Position numbers and translations under genes: made by a program. A stretch of DNA of 64,000 bases. It comes from Sulfuricurvum sp. GTDB lineage: Bacteria > Campylobacterota > Campylobacteria > Campylobacterales > Sulfurimonadaceae. The notes below the pieces were generated by a model. That model saw only the letters and a program-made list of their open reading frames with translations, was not told the origin of the DNA and searched no databases. The DNA lies in NCBI RefSeq assembly GCF_036279695.1, contig NZ_DASUIQ010000065.1:52601-116600 (forward strand), given 5' to 3'. Of the stretch, positions 28,497 through 37,746 are shown piece after piece (within the stretch, counting starts at the first letter, position 1; each line of letters begins with the position of its first letter).

Positions 28497-29381
28497 TCAA
28501 TCTAAATGCTGTTCTTCAGAATCGTCATACGGATCGAGATGGATCAGTGCATGTACTGTATCGTCTGGGAAGAGATTTTTGAGAGCAAGTTCGATTCGAT
28601 CTCCTACCATATGAGCATCGTAGAGTGAGGTGCTGATGCTAAATACGATATGGACGCTCATGTAAACATCGCTTCCTGAGCGTCGTGTTCGTAGATCGTG
28701 GTGAGAACTAATATCGGCTTGGGAATTTAAGAGTTTGTTGATTCGCTCAACACTTTGGGTATCGAGTGCCGCATCGAGGAGCATCAAAGTCCCCTCTTTG
28801 ATCAGAGGAAATGCCGAATAGAGCATATACGCACTGATACCGATCCCTAATATCGGATCGATCAGGGGAATGTCGGTGAGGGCGATCAGTCCCAGTGCAA
28901 CGAGTACCGCACCGTTGCTGAGGAGGTCCGTTTGGTAATGCAGGGCATCGGCTCGAATCACCATGTTTCCTGTTTTCTTGGCTACATATCGTAAAAATAC
29001 CACCAATGCCGCAGTAATCACGATAGAAAGCATCATTACGATGATAGAGGCATCTAAATGTTCTACACTGCTTCCCTGCACAATTTTAGAGATCGACTCA
29101 TAGAGGATAAAGAGGGCGGAAAGGCTGATGATCGTCCCCTCGATAACCGCGGCAAGGGGTTCGAGTTTACGTCGTCCGAAGTTGAAATGCTCATCAGGTT
29201 CTTTGTCGGAGTGGTGAAGGGCAAAGTAGTTGAACGCAGAGACGACGAGGTCAAGCAAAGAATCGATAGCCGAGGCTAATACGGCAACAGAGCCGCTGAT
29301 GATACCGAATGTGAGTTTTAACGCTACCAATGTCAGGGCAACGGAACTGGAAATGAGGGTGGCTTTTTGTTCTATACGCAT
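28497..29381 (-). CDS. cation diffusion facilitator family transporter
   Basis: Six TM helices with DSLLD (TM2) and HYQTD (TM5) metal-site motifs, plus a cytoplasmic C-terminal domain. Confidence 0.85.
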   Translation of the reverse strand: MRIEQKATLISSSVALTLVALKLTFGIISGSVAVLASAIDSLLDLVVSAFNYFALHHSDKEPDEHFNFGRRKLEPLAAVIEGTIISLSALFILYESISKIVQGSSVEHLDASIIVMMLSIVITAALVVFLRYVAKKTGNMVIRADALHYQTDLLSNGAVLVALGLIALTDIPLIDPILGIGISAYMLYSAFPLIKEGTLMLLDAALDTQSVERINKLLNSQADISSHHDLRTRRSGSDVYMSVHIVFSISTSLYDAHMVGDRIELALKNLFPDDTVHALIHLDPYDDSEEQHLD

Positions 29382-29436
29382 GGGGGCATTTTAGCCTAAT
29401 ATCGCTAAAATTTCGAGATTATTATGAGGAGACGGT

Positions 29437-30330
29437 ATGGATTTAAATGCAGTTCGAGAAGAGCGCCAAAAATGGATGACATGGAAAAACATCGCTCCAT
29501 TACGTGAAGCGCTAAATCAGCTCCCGCAGATCGAAGCTCAGATTGAACTGGGTAATACCGTTGCCCTCACATCGGATGAGGCGGTGGATGTAAACGAACT
29601 CGAACGTATCGCCCGCCTTATGATGCCGTGGCGAAAAGGGCCGTTTGATCTGTTCGGGCTGTTTATCGATACCGAATGGCGCTCAGACCTCAAATACAAC
29701 TTTCTCCGTCCCCATTTCAATCTTCACGGCAAAAAAGTAGCCGACATCGGATGCAACAACGGCTATTATATGTTCCGTTTTCTCGAAGACGCTCCGGCAA
29801 AAGTGGTCGGATTTGACCCCTCGGCGCTCTTTAAATCACAGTTCGATTTCATCAACCATTTTGTCAAAAGCGATATTGTGTATGAACTCCTTGGCGTGGA
29901 ACATCTGCCCTTTTACGAAGAGAAATTTGATGTGATCTTTTGTCTGGGGGTACTCTACCATCGAAGCGATCCCGTAGCGATGATCAAAGCATTGGGACAA
30001 GGGTTAGCCGAGGGGGGCGAGATTTATCTCGATACCTTTATCATCGACGGAGAGGAACCCGTCGCTCTTTGTCCGAGCGGAAGCTACTCCAAAATCACCA
30101 ATGTCTATTTCGTTCCGACTCTCAAAGCGCTCGAAAACTGGTGTACCCGCGCCGGATTTAACTCCTTTGAGGTGTTGGGAACGGTGGTAACGACATCCGA
30201 TGAACAACGCAAAACCGACTGGATAGAATCGCAAAGCCTTGAAGATTTTCTTGATCCTGCCGATAGTACCAAAACAGTAGAGGGATACCCTGCACCGAAG
30301 CGGGGATACATTCGGATTAAAAGAGGGTAA
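29437..30330 (+). CDS. cmoB: tRNA U34 carboxymethyltransferase
   Basis: MPWRKGPF motif and SAM-fold DIGCNNGYY. Confidence 0.85.
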   Translation: MDLNAVREERQKWMTWKNIAPLREALNQLPQIEAQIELGNTVALTSDEAVDVNELERIARLMMPWRKGPFDLFGLFIDTEWRSDLKYNFLRPHFNLHGKKVADIGCNNGYYMFRFLEDAPAKVVGFDPSALFKSQFDFINHFVKSDIVYELLGVEHLPFYEEKFDVIFCLGVLYHRSDPVAMIKALGQGLAEGGEIYLDTFIIDGEEPVALCPSGSYSKITNVYFVPTLKALENWCTRAGFNSFEVLGTVVTTSDEQRKTDWIESQSLEDFLDPADSTKTVEGYPAPKRGYIRIKRG

Positions 30331-30332
30331 GT

Positions 30333-30803
30333 TTGGAAAAAGATCAACTGGATTTAATGAATGAAGAGATTCAAGTCGCGATAAACCCGCAGACAGCGCT
30401 CAATACCCATGAGAGAATCAACACCGTTTACAGCGGAGAGATCGTAAAAATGGAAGCGGGATATGCAAAAATTATGTTGGAAACGGTTGAAGCTATGCGT
30501 GCCGATGAGATAGGATTGGTGCACGGTGGATTTATTTTCAGTGCCGCCGATTTTGCCGCTATGGCATCGGTAAATGAACCTAATGTCGTATTGGCATCGT
30601 GTAACTGTTTATTCTTAGCTCCCGTACGCGTAGGGGATACGGTAACGTTTGAAGCGACGGAGCACCAAAAAGAGGGGCGAAAGCGAAATGTGACCGTTCG
30701 CGGATTTGTCCATGAAATCAAGGTATTCGAAGGGGAATTTAAAACCGTCGTAACTGAACGCCATGTTCTCCGTTTGGATCTTTTGAAAAATATCGAAGGT
30801 TAA
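30333..30803 (+). CDS. PaaI/hotdog-fold thioesterase
   Basis: GLVHGGFIFSAADFA hotdog core. TTG start. Confidence 0.7.
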   Translation: MEKDQLDLMNEEIQVAINPQTALNTHERINTVYSGEIVKMEAGYAKIMLETVEAMRADEIGLVHGGFIFSAADFAAMASVNEPNVVLASCNCLFLAPVRVGDTVTFEATEHQKEGRKRNVTVRGFVHEIKVFEGEFKTVVTERHVLRLDLLKNIEG

Positions 30804-31393
30804 ACCATCCTCATCCAATACTCGACATTTCGTTGTTCCGCTCGAACCGATGTTGAGTTTCCATGCCCCGGATATAGGGGCTTATCGATCGTCCATGCCG
30901 CAAACTTTTTCAAACTTTCACGCATAGAGTTTGCATCGGAGTAGGGGAAATCCCATCGCCCGATAGAGCCTTCAAACAAAAAATCTCCGCTAAAGATAAC
31001 ATCTCCGATTTCGATCATAGAACACCCCGGACAATGCCCCGGAAAATGGTGAAATTTGACCTCAATCCCGCTGATGTCGAGCGTTTGATCACCGTCTACT
31101 TCAACATCGGGTGTTGATGGGGGGAGTTCCGGCATCCATGTGCTGTTTTTGAGGAGCATCACATCCCCTTTGGGAGAGTAGAGGGGGATATTCAGCTTTT
31201 CTTGCAGGGCACTGTTGCTCCATACGTGGTCGAAATGACCGTGAGTGTTGAGGATCGCAACAGGGTTTTTGACATTCGCCATAACCCACTCGGTCGCCCC
31301 CATCCCCGGATCGATGATGATCTCTTTGCCGTCAATTTTAACAATATAACAGTTGGTTTGATAATCGCCCATCGGGCGTTTTAGGATTTCCAT
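30800..31393 (-). CDS. MBL-fold metallo-hydrolase (glyoxalase II-like)
   Basis: HGHFDH motif in LNTHGHFDHV, 197 aa. Confidence 0.8.
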   Translation of the reverse strand: MEILKRPMGDYQTNCYIVKIDGKEIIIDPGMGATEWVMANVKNPVAILNTHGHFDHVWSNSALQEKLNIPLYSPKGDVMLLKNSTWMPELPPSTPDVEVDGDQTLDISGIEVKFHHFPGHCPGCSMIEIGDVIFSGDFLFEGSIGRWDFPYSDANSMRESLKKFAAWTIDKPLYPGHGNSTSVRAEQRNVEYWMRMV

Positions 31394-31429
31394 AATGTGC
31401 TCTTTTTTAGTCGGATTGTAGCATAAAGA

Positions 31430-31687
31430 TTAGCTCCACAATCCCTCTTTTGTGGTGCGTTTCATCCGTTTGATAGCGAGTTCCCGTTTCAACGCACTGC
31501 TTTTATCACTGCACGTTTCACTGTACATCAGTGTTACCGGACGGCGCGAACGGGTGTATTTGGCTCCCTTTTCCGAGGAGTTATGCTCAGCGAGCCGTTT
31601 TTCCACGTCGATAGCGATCCCCGTGTAGTAGGTATCGTCACTGCACTTTAGGATATAGAGGGTGTAGGCTTTTTCGGATGATTTCAT
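31430..31687 (-). CDS. GIY-YIG domain protein (YhbQ/UPF0213-like)
   Basis: YTLYILKCSDDTYYTGIAIDVEKRLAEHN is a GIY-YIG core. Confidence 0.8.
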   Translation of the reverse strand: MKSSEKAYTLYILKCSDDTYYTGIAIDVEKRLAEHNSSEKGAKYTRSRRPVTLMYSETCSDKSSALKRELAIKRMKRTTKEGLWS

Positions 31688-31707
31688 AAGCGAGAGTATA
31701 CGATATA

Positions 31708-32529
31708 ATGGCTTTTATGGAACTCTATAGCACTTTAGAAACTCTTTTAACCACCTCTGCTCCGAATGAAAAAATAGCTCTTTTCAGAGCGTTTTACGAT
31801 CTCTATCGTCGCGGCGAGATCACACGCAATAGCACAGCTGAACCTATCGTTTTTAGCTACCCCTCGTATCGAAATCATTGTACGATCATCGATCCAAAAG
31901 AGGTTCCCAGACGGACAAAACTGGGTACCCCTCACGGACAAATTTTACTCCTCCATGCGATTGCCCATATCGAATACAGCGCTATCGATTTGGCGCTCGA
32001 TGCGGTGTACCGTTTTCGCGGGTTGGGTGAAGCATTTGAAGATGATTGGCTCGTTGTTGCCGATGATGAGGTGCGCCATTTCGAGATGATTGAGGGTTTG
32101 TTAAAAGAGCTAGGGGGCTATTACGGCGAGTATCCGGTGCATGATGCCCTGTTTGAAGCATCTATGCGGACACTGAACCTCTACGAGCGGATGGCGGTCG
32201 TTCCGAGGTATCTCGAAGCCAACGGCTTGGACGCGACCCCTCTCATCCTTCGTAAATTAGAACCTCATAAGAGCGATCCGATGATCCAAAAAATCATGGC
32301 GGCGTTGCACGTTATACTCAGTGAAGAGGTCGATCATGTCCGTAAAGGGGATGTCTGGTTTGCCTATGCGTGCGAATGGGAGCAAAAAGAGCTCTCCAGC
32401 TATTTCGAGATCATCGAAAAATACTATCCCAACAGTTTTCCCCGCAGGATTGACATCAATTGCAGTGCGAGAAAAAGTGCCGGTTTTGATGAGGGAGAGC
32501 TGGAATGTATTTCGTTAACGAAGTGTTGA
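31708..32529 (+). CDS. DUF455 ferritin-like protein
   Basis: LLLHAIAHIEYSAIDLALD and EEVDHV di-iron-like helices are typical of DUF455. Confidence 0.7.
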   Translation: MAFMELYSTLETLLTTSAPNEKIALFRAFYDLYRRGEITRNSTAEPIVFSYPSYRNHCTIIDPKEVPRRTKLGTPHGQILLLHAIAHIEYSAIDLALDAVYRFRGLGEAFEDDWLVVADDEVRHFEMIEGLLKELGGYYGEYPVHDALFEASMRTLNLYERMAVVPRYLEANGLDATPLILRKLEPHKSDPMIQKIMAALHVILSEEVDHVRKGDVWFAYACEWEQKELSSYFEIIEKYYPNSFPRRIDINCSARKSAGFDEGELECISLTKC

Positions 32530-32590
32530 CTATCTTTGATAATAAAATTAGTTATAATACAAATAGTTAATACTAAAATAAGGTTAAGCG

Positions 32591-33391
32591 GTGAGTAAAT
32601 ACGAGCTGATCAGCCGGTATTTGAGTGAATTTCTCAATCAGGAAGTTCGTAAAACCGGTTTGAAAAAAGTGGTAGTGGGTTTAAGCGGAGGGATCGATTC
32701 TGCGGTCGTGGCGGTGTTGGCACACCGTGCGTTCGGGGATGATCTGCTTTGCGTCAAAATGCCCTCACACTATTCATCTCAAAACTCTTTGGACGATGCG
32801 GATGAATTATGTAACGTTTTTTCGCTTCGTTCAGAGGTCAAAAGTATTGAACCGATGCTACGAGCGTATGAAACGTCCGATATGTCACCGCTTCGGGTCG
32901 GGAATCTCTCAGCACGGTTACGAATGGTAACATTGTTCGATATTTCGGCGCGCGAGGGGGCTTTGGTTTTGGGAACCAGTAACAAAAGCGAACTGATGCT
33001 CGGATACGGGACTCTTTATGGCGATTTAGCCAGTGCGCTCAATCCTATCGGCGATCTGTATAAAACGGAAGTGTTCGAGTTGGCTCGCTATTTAGGGGTT
33101 CCAAGCTCGATTATCGATAAGCCCCCCTCGGCAGATTTGTGGGCGGGGCAGAGTGATGAAGCGGAGATCGGCTACCCCTATGCGGATCTTGATCGTGTCC
33201 TAAAACGGTATGTGGAAGAGCGTCATACCGCCGAAGAGATGATAGCTGATGGTGAAAACCCTGAATTAGTCGGTATGATAGTAAAAAGAATTTATCAGAA
33301 TCAATTCAAACGGCGTATGCCGGTAATCGCAAAATTGACGTCACGGACGCTCAATCATGATTTCAATTATCCCAGAGATATTACCCTATGA
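32591..33391 (+). CDS. nadE: NH3-dependent NAD+ synthetase
   Basis: PP-loop GLSGGIDSAV. GTG start. Confidence 0.9.
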   Translation: MSKYELISRYLSEFLNQEVRKTGLKKVVVGLSGGIDSAVVAVLAHRAFGDDLLCVKMPSHYSSQNSLDDADELCNVFSLRSEVKSIEPMLRAYETSDMSPLRVGNLSARLRMVTLFDISAREGALVLGTSNKSELMLGYGTLYGDLASALNPIGDLYKTEVFELARYLGVPSSIIDKPPSADLWAGQSDEAEIGYPYADLDRVLKRYVEERHTAEEMIADGENPELVGMIVKRIYQNQFKRRMPVIAKLTSRTLNHDFNYPRDITL

Positions 33392-34524
33392 AAAAGGAAC
33401 AGACTATGAGTATCCCATTTTACCGTGTTGAAGTCGGCGGAGATGAACGTGAGAAGATTGACGAAGTATTTGACGGAGAAGCACCGAACATCGTCGAAGA
33501 TTTAGAAGCGGCATTTGAGTCCTATACGGGAGCCGGATATGCGCTGGCGACATCGCACGGAACGGCGGCGCTCCATTTGGCGATGTTGGCGATAGATCTC
33601 AAACGGGGTGATAAAGTACTCTGTTCGATCAATGCTTATCCGTCGGTTCCGGAAGTGGTGCGCCATTTCGATGCGGAGCCGATTTTCATCGACATTAATC
33701 CCGATACCTTTACGATCGATTTGGATAAACTCGAAGCCTATTTGGCGGAAAACAAATCCAAAAAACTCAAAGCGGTGATCGTCTCTCACGTAGCGGGTCA
33801 AAGCGTTGAACTCGATCGACTCTACGCCATGGCGAAAGAGTATGATGTCAAAATCGTCGAAGATGCTTCCGACGCGCTGGGGGCAACCTATAACGGTCAA
33901 AAAATCGGTTCTACCGGTGCCGACATCACCTGTTTTGATTTCAGTCCCCATTTGCGTCGCAACGTTTGCAACGGCGGGATGTTGGTGTGTGATGATGAAG
34001 AGATCATGGAGCGTGCGCGCTCGCTTCGCAACCACGCGATGGTGATTGATGAAGAGGGGTTGGGGTATATCTATGATGTTGTCGACATCGGAAGTCAGTA
34101 TATGATGAGCCCGCTCGATGCTGCTACGATTTTGGTACAGCTTGAAAAACAAGATGAGAATATCGAACGTCAGCGCGCCATCGCCGAAATTTTTAACGAG
34201 CGTTTGGCGGATGCACCGCATATCCGTACCCCTATCGCGAATGAAGAGCATCCGTATTCGCTTTATATTATCAAGGTCGATAAAAACCGTGACTCGTTTG
34301 CACGCGAACTCGCCGCTCGCGGAATCGAGTGCGGGTTGCACTATATACCGCTCCATTTGCTCAGCTATTACAAAACGAAATACTCATTGAGAGTCAACGA
34401 TTTCCCGATCGCACTGCGCAACTATCAGCAAGTACTCTCGATCCCGAATTACGCGGCTCTTAGCGATGATCAGGTTGAAGAGATCTGTGACGCAATTTTG
34501 GATGTAGCTTCTACACGCGTTTGA
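33388..34524 (+). CDS. DegT/DnrJ/EryC1/StrS-family protein, apparently lacking the PLP lysine
   Basis: Family pattern VEDASDALGA...CFDFSPHLRRNVCNGGMLV. By hand alignment to FSFHAIKNITCAEGG, the Lys position is Leu. Confidence 0.75.
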   Translation: MKKEQTMSIPFYRVEVGGDEREKIDEVFDGEAPNIVEDLEAAFESYTGAGYALATSHGTAALHLAMLAIDLKRGDKVLCSINAYPSVPEVVRHFDAEPIFIDINPDTFTIDLDKLEAYLAENKSKKLKAVIVSHVAGQSVELDRLYAMAKEYDVKIVEDASDALGATYNGQKIGSTGADITCFDFSPHLRRNVCNGGMLVCDDEEIMERARSLRNHAMVIDEEGLGYIYDVVDIGSQYMMSPLDAATILVQLEKQDENIERQRAIAEIFNERLADAPHIRTPIANEEHPYSLYIIKVDKNRDSFARELAARGIECGLHYIPLHLLSYYKTKYSLRVNDFPIALRNYQQVLSIPNYAALSDDQVEEICDAILDVASTRV

Positions 34525-35435
34525 AACGTTTCTGGGTTCAATGGGGGGAACGCTATCTGTATAACCCCTCGCTGATCCAAAAAATCCTCTCTCTCCTCCT
34601 TTTACCGCTCAGCTGGATCTACTGTTTATTGGCCTATATCCGTTATCTGCGAAGTCGTCCTAAATCGTTTGGAATACCGGTGGTGAGTGTCGGAAATCTC
34701 ATCGTCGGCGGGAGCGGTAAAACCCCGATTGTGGTTGAACTCGCCAAACATTTTGAAAAACCGGCGATCGTGTTGCGCGGTTACGGACGGCAAAGCCGCG
34801 GTATGGTGGTCGTCAAAGACAAATCGACGATCCTCTGCGATGTGATTAAAAGCGGTGATGAAGCGATGCTCTACGCCCAGATGCTCGACAGTGCGATGGT
34901 TATCGTCAGCGAGATCCGTGAACGGGCGATTGCGGAAGCGGCGTCGATGGGATGCGATGTCGTATTGCTTGATGACGGGTATGGGAAACACTCGATAGAG
35001 AAACTCAACCTCCTCATTGCCGTCCCCACCCCAAACCCGTATTGTCTCCCATCAGGGGCGTATCGGGAGAAGTTGTGGAGTACCAAAAAGGTTATCGTGA
35101 TGATGGAGAGGGTCGATTTCAAACGCTCCGTTACCCTCAAAAATCCAACCGAAAAAATGGTATTGGTGACCGCGATTGCACGCCCAGAGCGGCTTGATCC
35201 TTTTTTACCGGAAGTGATAGAGAAGGTCTATTTTGAAGATCACCATTTCTTTACCCAAGGGGAGTTGGAAATGATTGTGGAGCGCACGGGTGCTACGAGC
35301 CTCTTGGTAACTTCAAAAGACTTGGTTAAAATGTCGTCTTTTAAACTCAATATCTCGGTTTTGGAACTCTCTATTGAGTTAAATGAGACGATAATTACTA
35401 CAGTGAAGGATTATGTAAATGCAGCGAAAAATTGA
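34521..35435 (+). CDS. lpxK: tetraacyldisaccharide 4'-kinase
   Basis: P-loop VGNLIVGGSGKTP. TTGA overlap with the upstream gene. Confidence 0.88.
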   Translation: MKRFWVQWGERYLYNPSLIQKILSLLLLPLSWIYCLLAYIRYLRSRPKSFGIPVVSVGNLIVGGSGKTPIVVELAKHFEKPAIVLRGYGRQSRGMVVVKDKSTILCDVIKSGDEAMLYAQMLDSAMVIVSEIRERAIAEAASMGCDVVLLDDGYGKHSIEKLNLLIAVPTPNPYCLPSGAYREKLWSTKKVIVMMERVDFKRSVTLKNPTEKMVLVTAIARPERLDPFLPEVIEKVYFEDHHFFTQGELEMIVERTGATSLLVTSKDLVKMSSFKLNISVLELSIELNETIITTVKDYVNAAKN

Positions 35436-36270
35436 TACCGTTAAAACTCTTATGGACGCGATGCCGTTCATCAAAGAGTTTCGTGATGAGATCGTTGTCA
35501 TTAAATACGGCGGGTCGGCTCAAACCTCCGATGAACTCAAAGCCAAATTTGCCCAAGACATCGTACTGCTTCACCTCGTCGGGGTGAAAGTGGTGATCGT
35601 ACACGGCGGCGGAAGCCGTATCTCTCAGCTCTTGTCCGATCTCAAAATCCCGACCGAGTTTATCGACGGTGAGCGGGTCAGCACCCCTGAAGTGATGCGG
35701 ATTGTCGAGATGGTACTTAGCGGCGAGATCAACAAAGAGATCACCTCTCTCCTCAACTCCTACGGTGCCAAAGCGATCGGTATCAGCGGTAAAGATGCCC
35801 ATTTCTTGCGTGCCAAGCCCAAAGACGAAGCGAAATTTGGTCTTACGGGGCGAGTCGAGAGTGTGAATGGCTCGGTTATCCATAACCTTTTGCAAGAGGG
35901 TTTCATCCCCGTCATCGCTCCTATCGGGTGTGATCCTATCGTCGGTCATCCGGGATATAACATCAACGCCGACCTTGCCGCATCGGCTATCGCGGCGGCT
36001 ATCGGTGCGTGCAAAGTGATCTTTATGACGGACACTTCGGGAGTGCTAAACAAAGATAAAGAGCTTTTCTCAACCCTCACTGAAGCGCAGGTTGAAGCGC
36101 TTAAAGCGGACGGTACGATTAGCGGCGGGATGGTTCCAAAAGTCGATTCATGTCTCGAAGCAGTCGATGCGGGGGTTCAAAAAGCCCACATCATCGACGG
36201 ACGTATCGAACACGCGATCTTGCTCGAACTCTTCACTTCTGAGGGGGTTGGGACACAGATTACTCTGTAG
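35419..36270 (+). CDS. argB: acetylglutamate kinase
   Basis: VIKYGGSA and VVIVHGGG amino-acid-kinase motifs. Confidence 0.92.
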   Translation: MQRKIDTVKTLMDAMPFIKEFRDEIVVIKYGGSAQTSDELKAKFAQDIVLLHLVGVKVVIVHGGGSRISQLLSDLKIPTEFIDGERVSTPEVMRIVEMVLSGEINKEITSLLNSYGAKAIGISGKDAHFLRAKPKDEAKFGLTGRVESVNGSVIHNLLQEGFIPVIAPIGCDPIVGHPGYNINADLAASAIAAAIGACKVIFMTDTSGVLNKDKELFSTLTEAQVEALKADGTISGGMVPKVDSCLEAVDAGVQKAHIIDGRIEHAILLELFTSEGVGTQITL

Positions 36271-36273
36271 TCC

Positions 36274-37746
36274 TTAGCGATATTTCTCTTCGATCCCGAC
36301 AAGGGTTCGATAGAGTTTCTCCCCTTCGTCATTTTCCCCTTTGGCATACACCTTCTTCCCATCATGCGCAAAAAATGTCAGTTCCAACGGAGCATTGGTA
36401 TCTCCTGAGGCGAGGACGGCGATGTCATCGGGTGAGATCGTAAAGCTCGTCAATACTTTTTTCGTCACAAAATCGATCTGCGGATAGGCAACATAGACGA
36501 GTTCAGAACAGACGATGGTTTCGGTGGTGTTGACGTTGAAATCAAAATCGTACTTTTTACCGTAATTGCTCAGTGCCAGATCCAATGAACCGCGTATCTC
36601 ATCGGAGGATAAATGGCTCGGACGGAGTGTCGCAACGTCATCGATATTCATAAAATGCTCGACGCTGTTAAGTACGACCCCCTCGCGAAGCGCTTCGAGG
36701 ATCACTTTGCCCTCTTTGATCTCATCGAGATGGCGTTTAATAAACGGTTCGTTCAATGCTCCCAAATCGCGAAGCTGTTCATACGTTCCGATGTAGAGCG
36801 CCGCATGACCGAAATGCCCCGGAATCGTTTTGTCGGTCAAAGCAAATGGGGTCTTTTCCAGCAATACGTCTCCGGGTTTGAGCTGTGCCGAAAAATCAGC
36901 GAGAAATGCTTTGTCCTCACGCAGTTTTCCGCTGCGCCATCGTACCATCCCCATCGTGTTGCCTAGCACTTTTGAAAAGGTGAATTTGAGTTTTTCGACG
37001 GTTGAGAACGGCAATTCAGCGGTACGGGAGACGAGTACGCTCACCTGATCGGCAATCTCTTTGAACGCGTTATCTCCCCCTAACGTCGCACGCATCGGTG
37101 AGTGGTCGATGTAATCGTATAGATAGCGGATCGAAGGGTCACCTTGAGCGATATAGAGAGCAATCGTCTTGCGGTTATCCTCGAAAAAGCGGATGGCATC
37201 GAGCATCGTGGAGCGATAGGTGAGGGTATTGGCTCTCATCAGTGAGTCTTTGTAAAAGTTTTCATCCACTCCGTACTCGGGATAGGCTTCATTGAGTTTA
37301 GCGCGGATTTCGCTTTTGTCATGCATATGATCTTGCATAAATTGGGCATTGTCATAGAGAGTCAGCGCCGCCGCCATTGAAATCACGATTGATTCGATAC
37401 GGTCGCGATCCCCTAACGATTCATCGGTGCGGTAAAGCGCATTACGGTAGCGCAACGCATACGGAAATAAACTGGTTCGTACGGCATCGGCTTCACGGAT
37501 CGATTTGGCGATTCTCACCGACAGGGTCGATGGGAGTGCCCCTTTGTGCGAGCGAATTGAGCTTTCCGCTTCACTCATAAAAGGGGGGATCTTTTCCCGA
37601 AGATCGAGAGAACGGCGGATAAGGTCTTCTACCGCTATCGCGTCGTTTTGACGGGCGGTATTCACCAGCTGTGCCAAATCCGATTCGGCGGAGAGGAGGG
37701 TAAATGCGGCTAGGGTCAGTGAGATTATGAGGGTTCTATAATTCAT
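36274..37746 (-). CDS. secreted protein with C-terminal YiiX-type permuted papain/NlpC-P60 (LRAT-like) domain
   Basis: Signal peptide, about 300 aa helical N-domain, then His-before-Cys order (GHFGHAALYIG ... VCSELVYVAY). 11 nt overlap with lplT. Confidence 0.65.
   Translation of the reverse strand: MNYRTLIISLTLAAFTLLSAESDLAQLVNTARQNDAIAVEDLIRRSLDLREKIPPFMSEAESSIRSHKGALPSTLSVRIAKSIREADAVRTSLFPYALRYRNALYRTDESLGDRDRIESIVISMAAALTLYDNAQFMQDHMHDKSEIRAKLNEAYPEYGVDENFYKDSLMRANTLTYRSTMLDAIRFFEDNRKTIALYIAQGDPSIRYLYDYIDHSPMRATLGGDNAFKEIADQVSVLVSRTAELPFSTVEKLKFTFSKVLGNTMGMVRWRSGKLREDKAFLADFSAQLKPGDVLLEKTPFALTDKTIPGHFGHAALYIGTYEQLRDLGALNEPFIKRHLDEIKEGKVILEALREGVVLNSVEHFMNIDDVATLRPSHLSSDEIRGSLDLALSNYGKKYDFDFNVNTTETIVCSELVYVAYPQIDFVTKKVLTSFTISPDDIAVLASGDTNAPLELTFFAHDGKKVYAKGENDEGEKLYRTLVGIEEKYR

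Noticed and set aside
32530-32590. TTGATA ... TATAAT pair upstream of nadE as a canonical sigma-70 promoter
   Set aside because: The spacer is only about 11 nt, too short for a -35/-10 pair. Only the -10-like TATAAT is credible and I did not list it as a feature.
33502-34356. 284 aa minus-strand ORF
   Set aside because: It is antisense to the DegT-family gene. It has no motifs and is a shadow frame.
35398-35949. 183 aa minus-strand ORF
   Set aside because: It is antisense to argB, which has clear amino-acid-kinase motifs.
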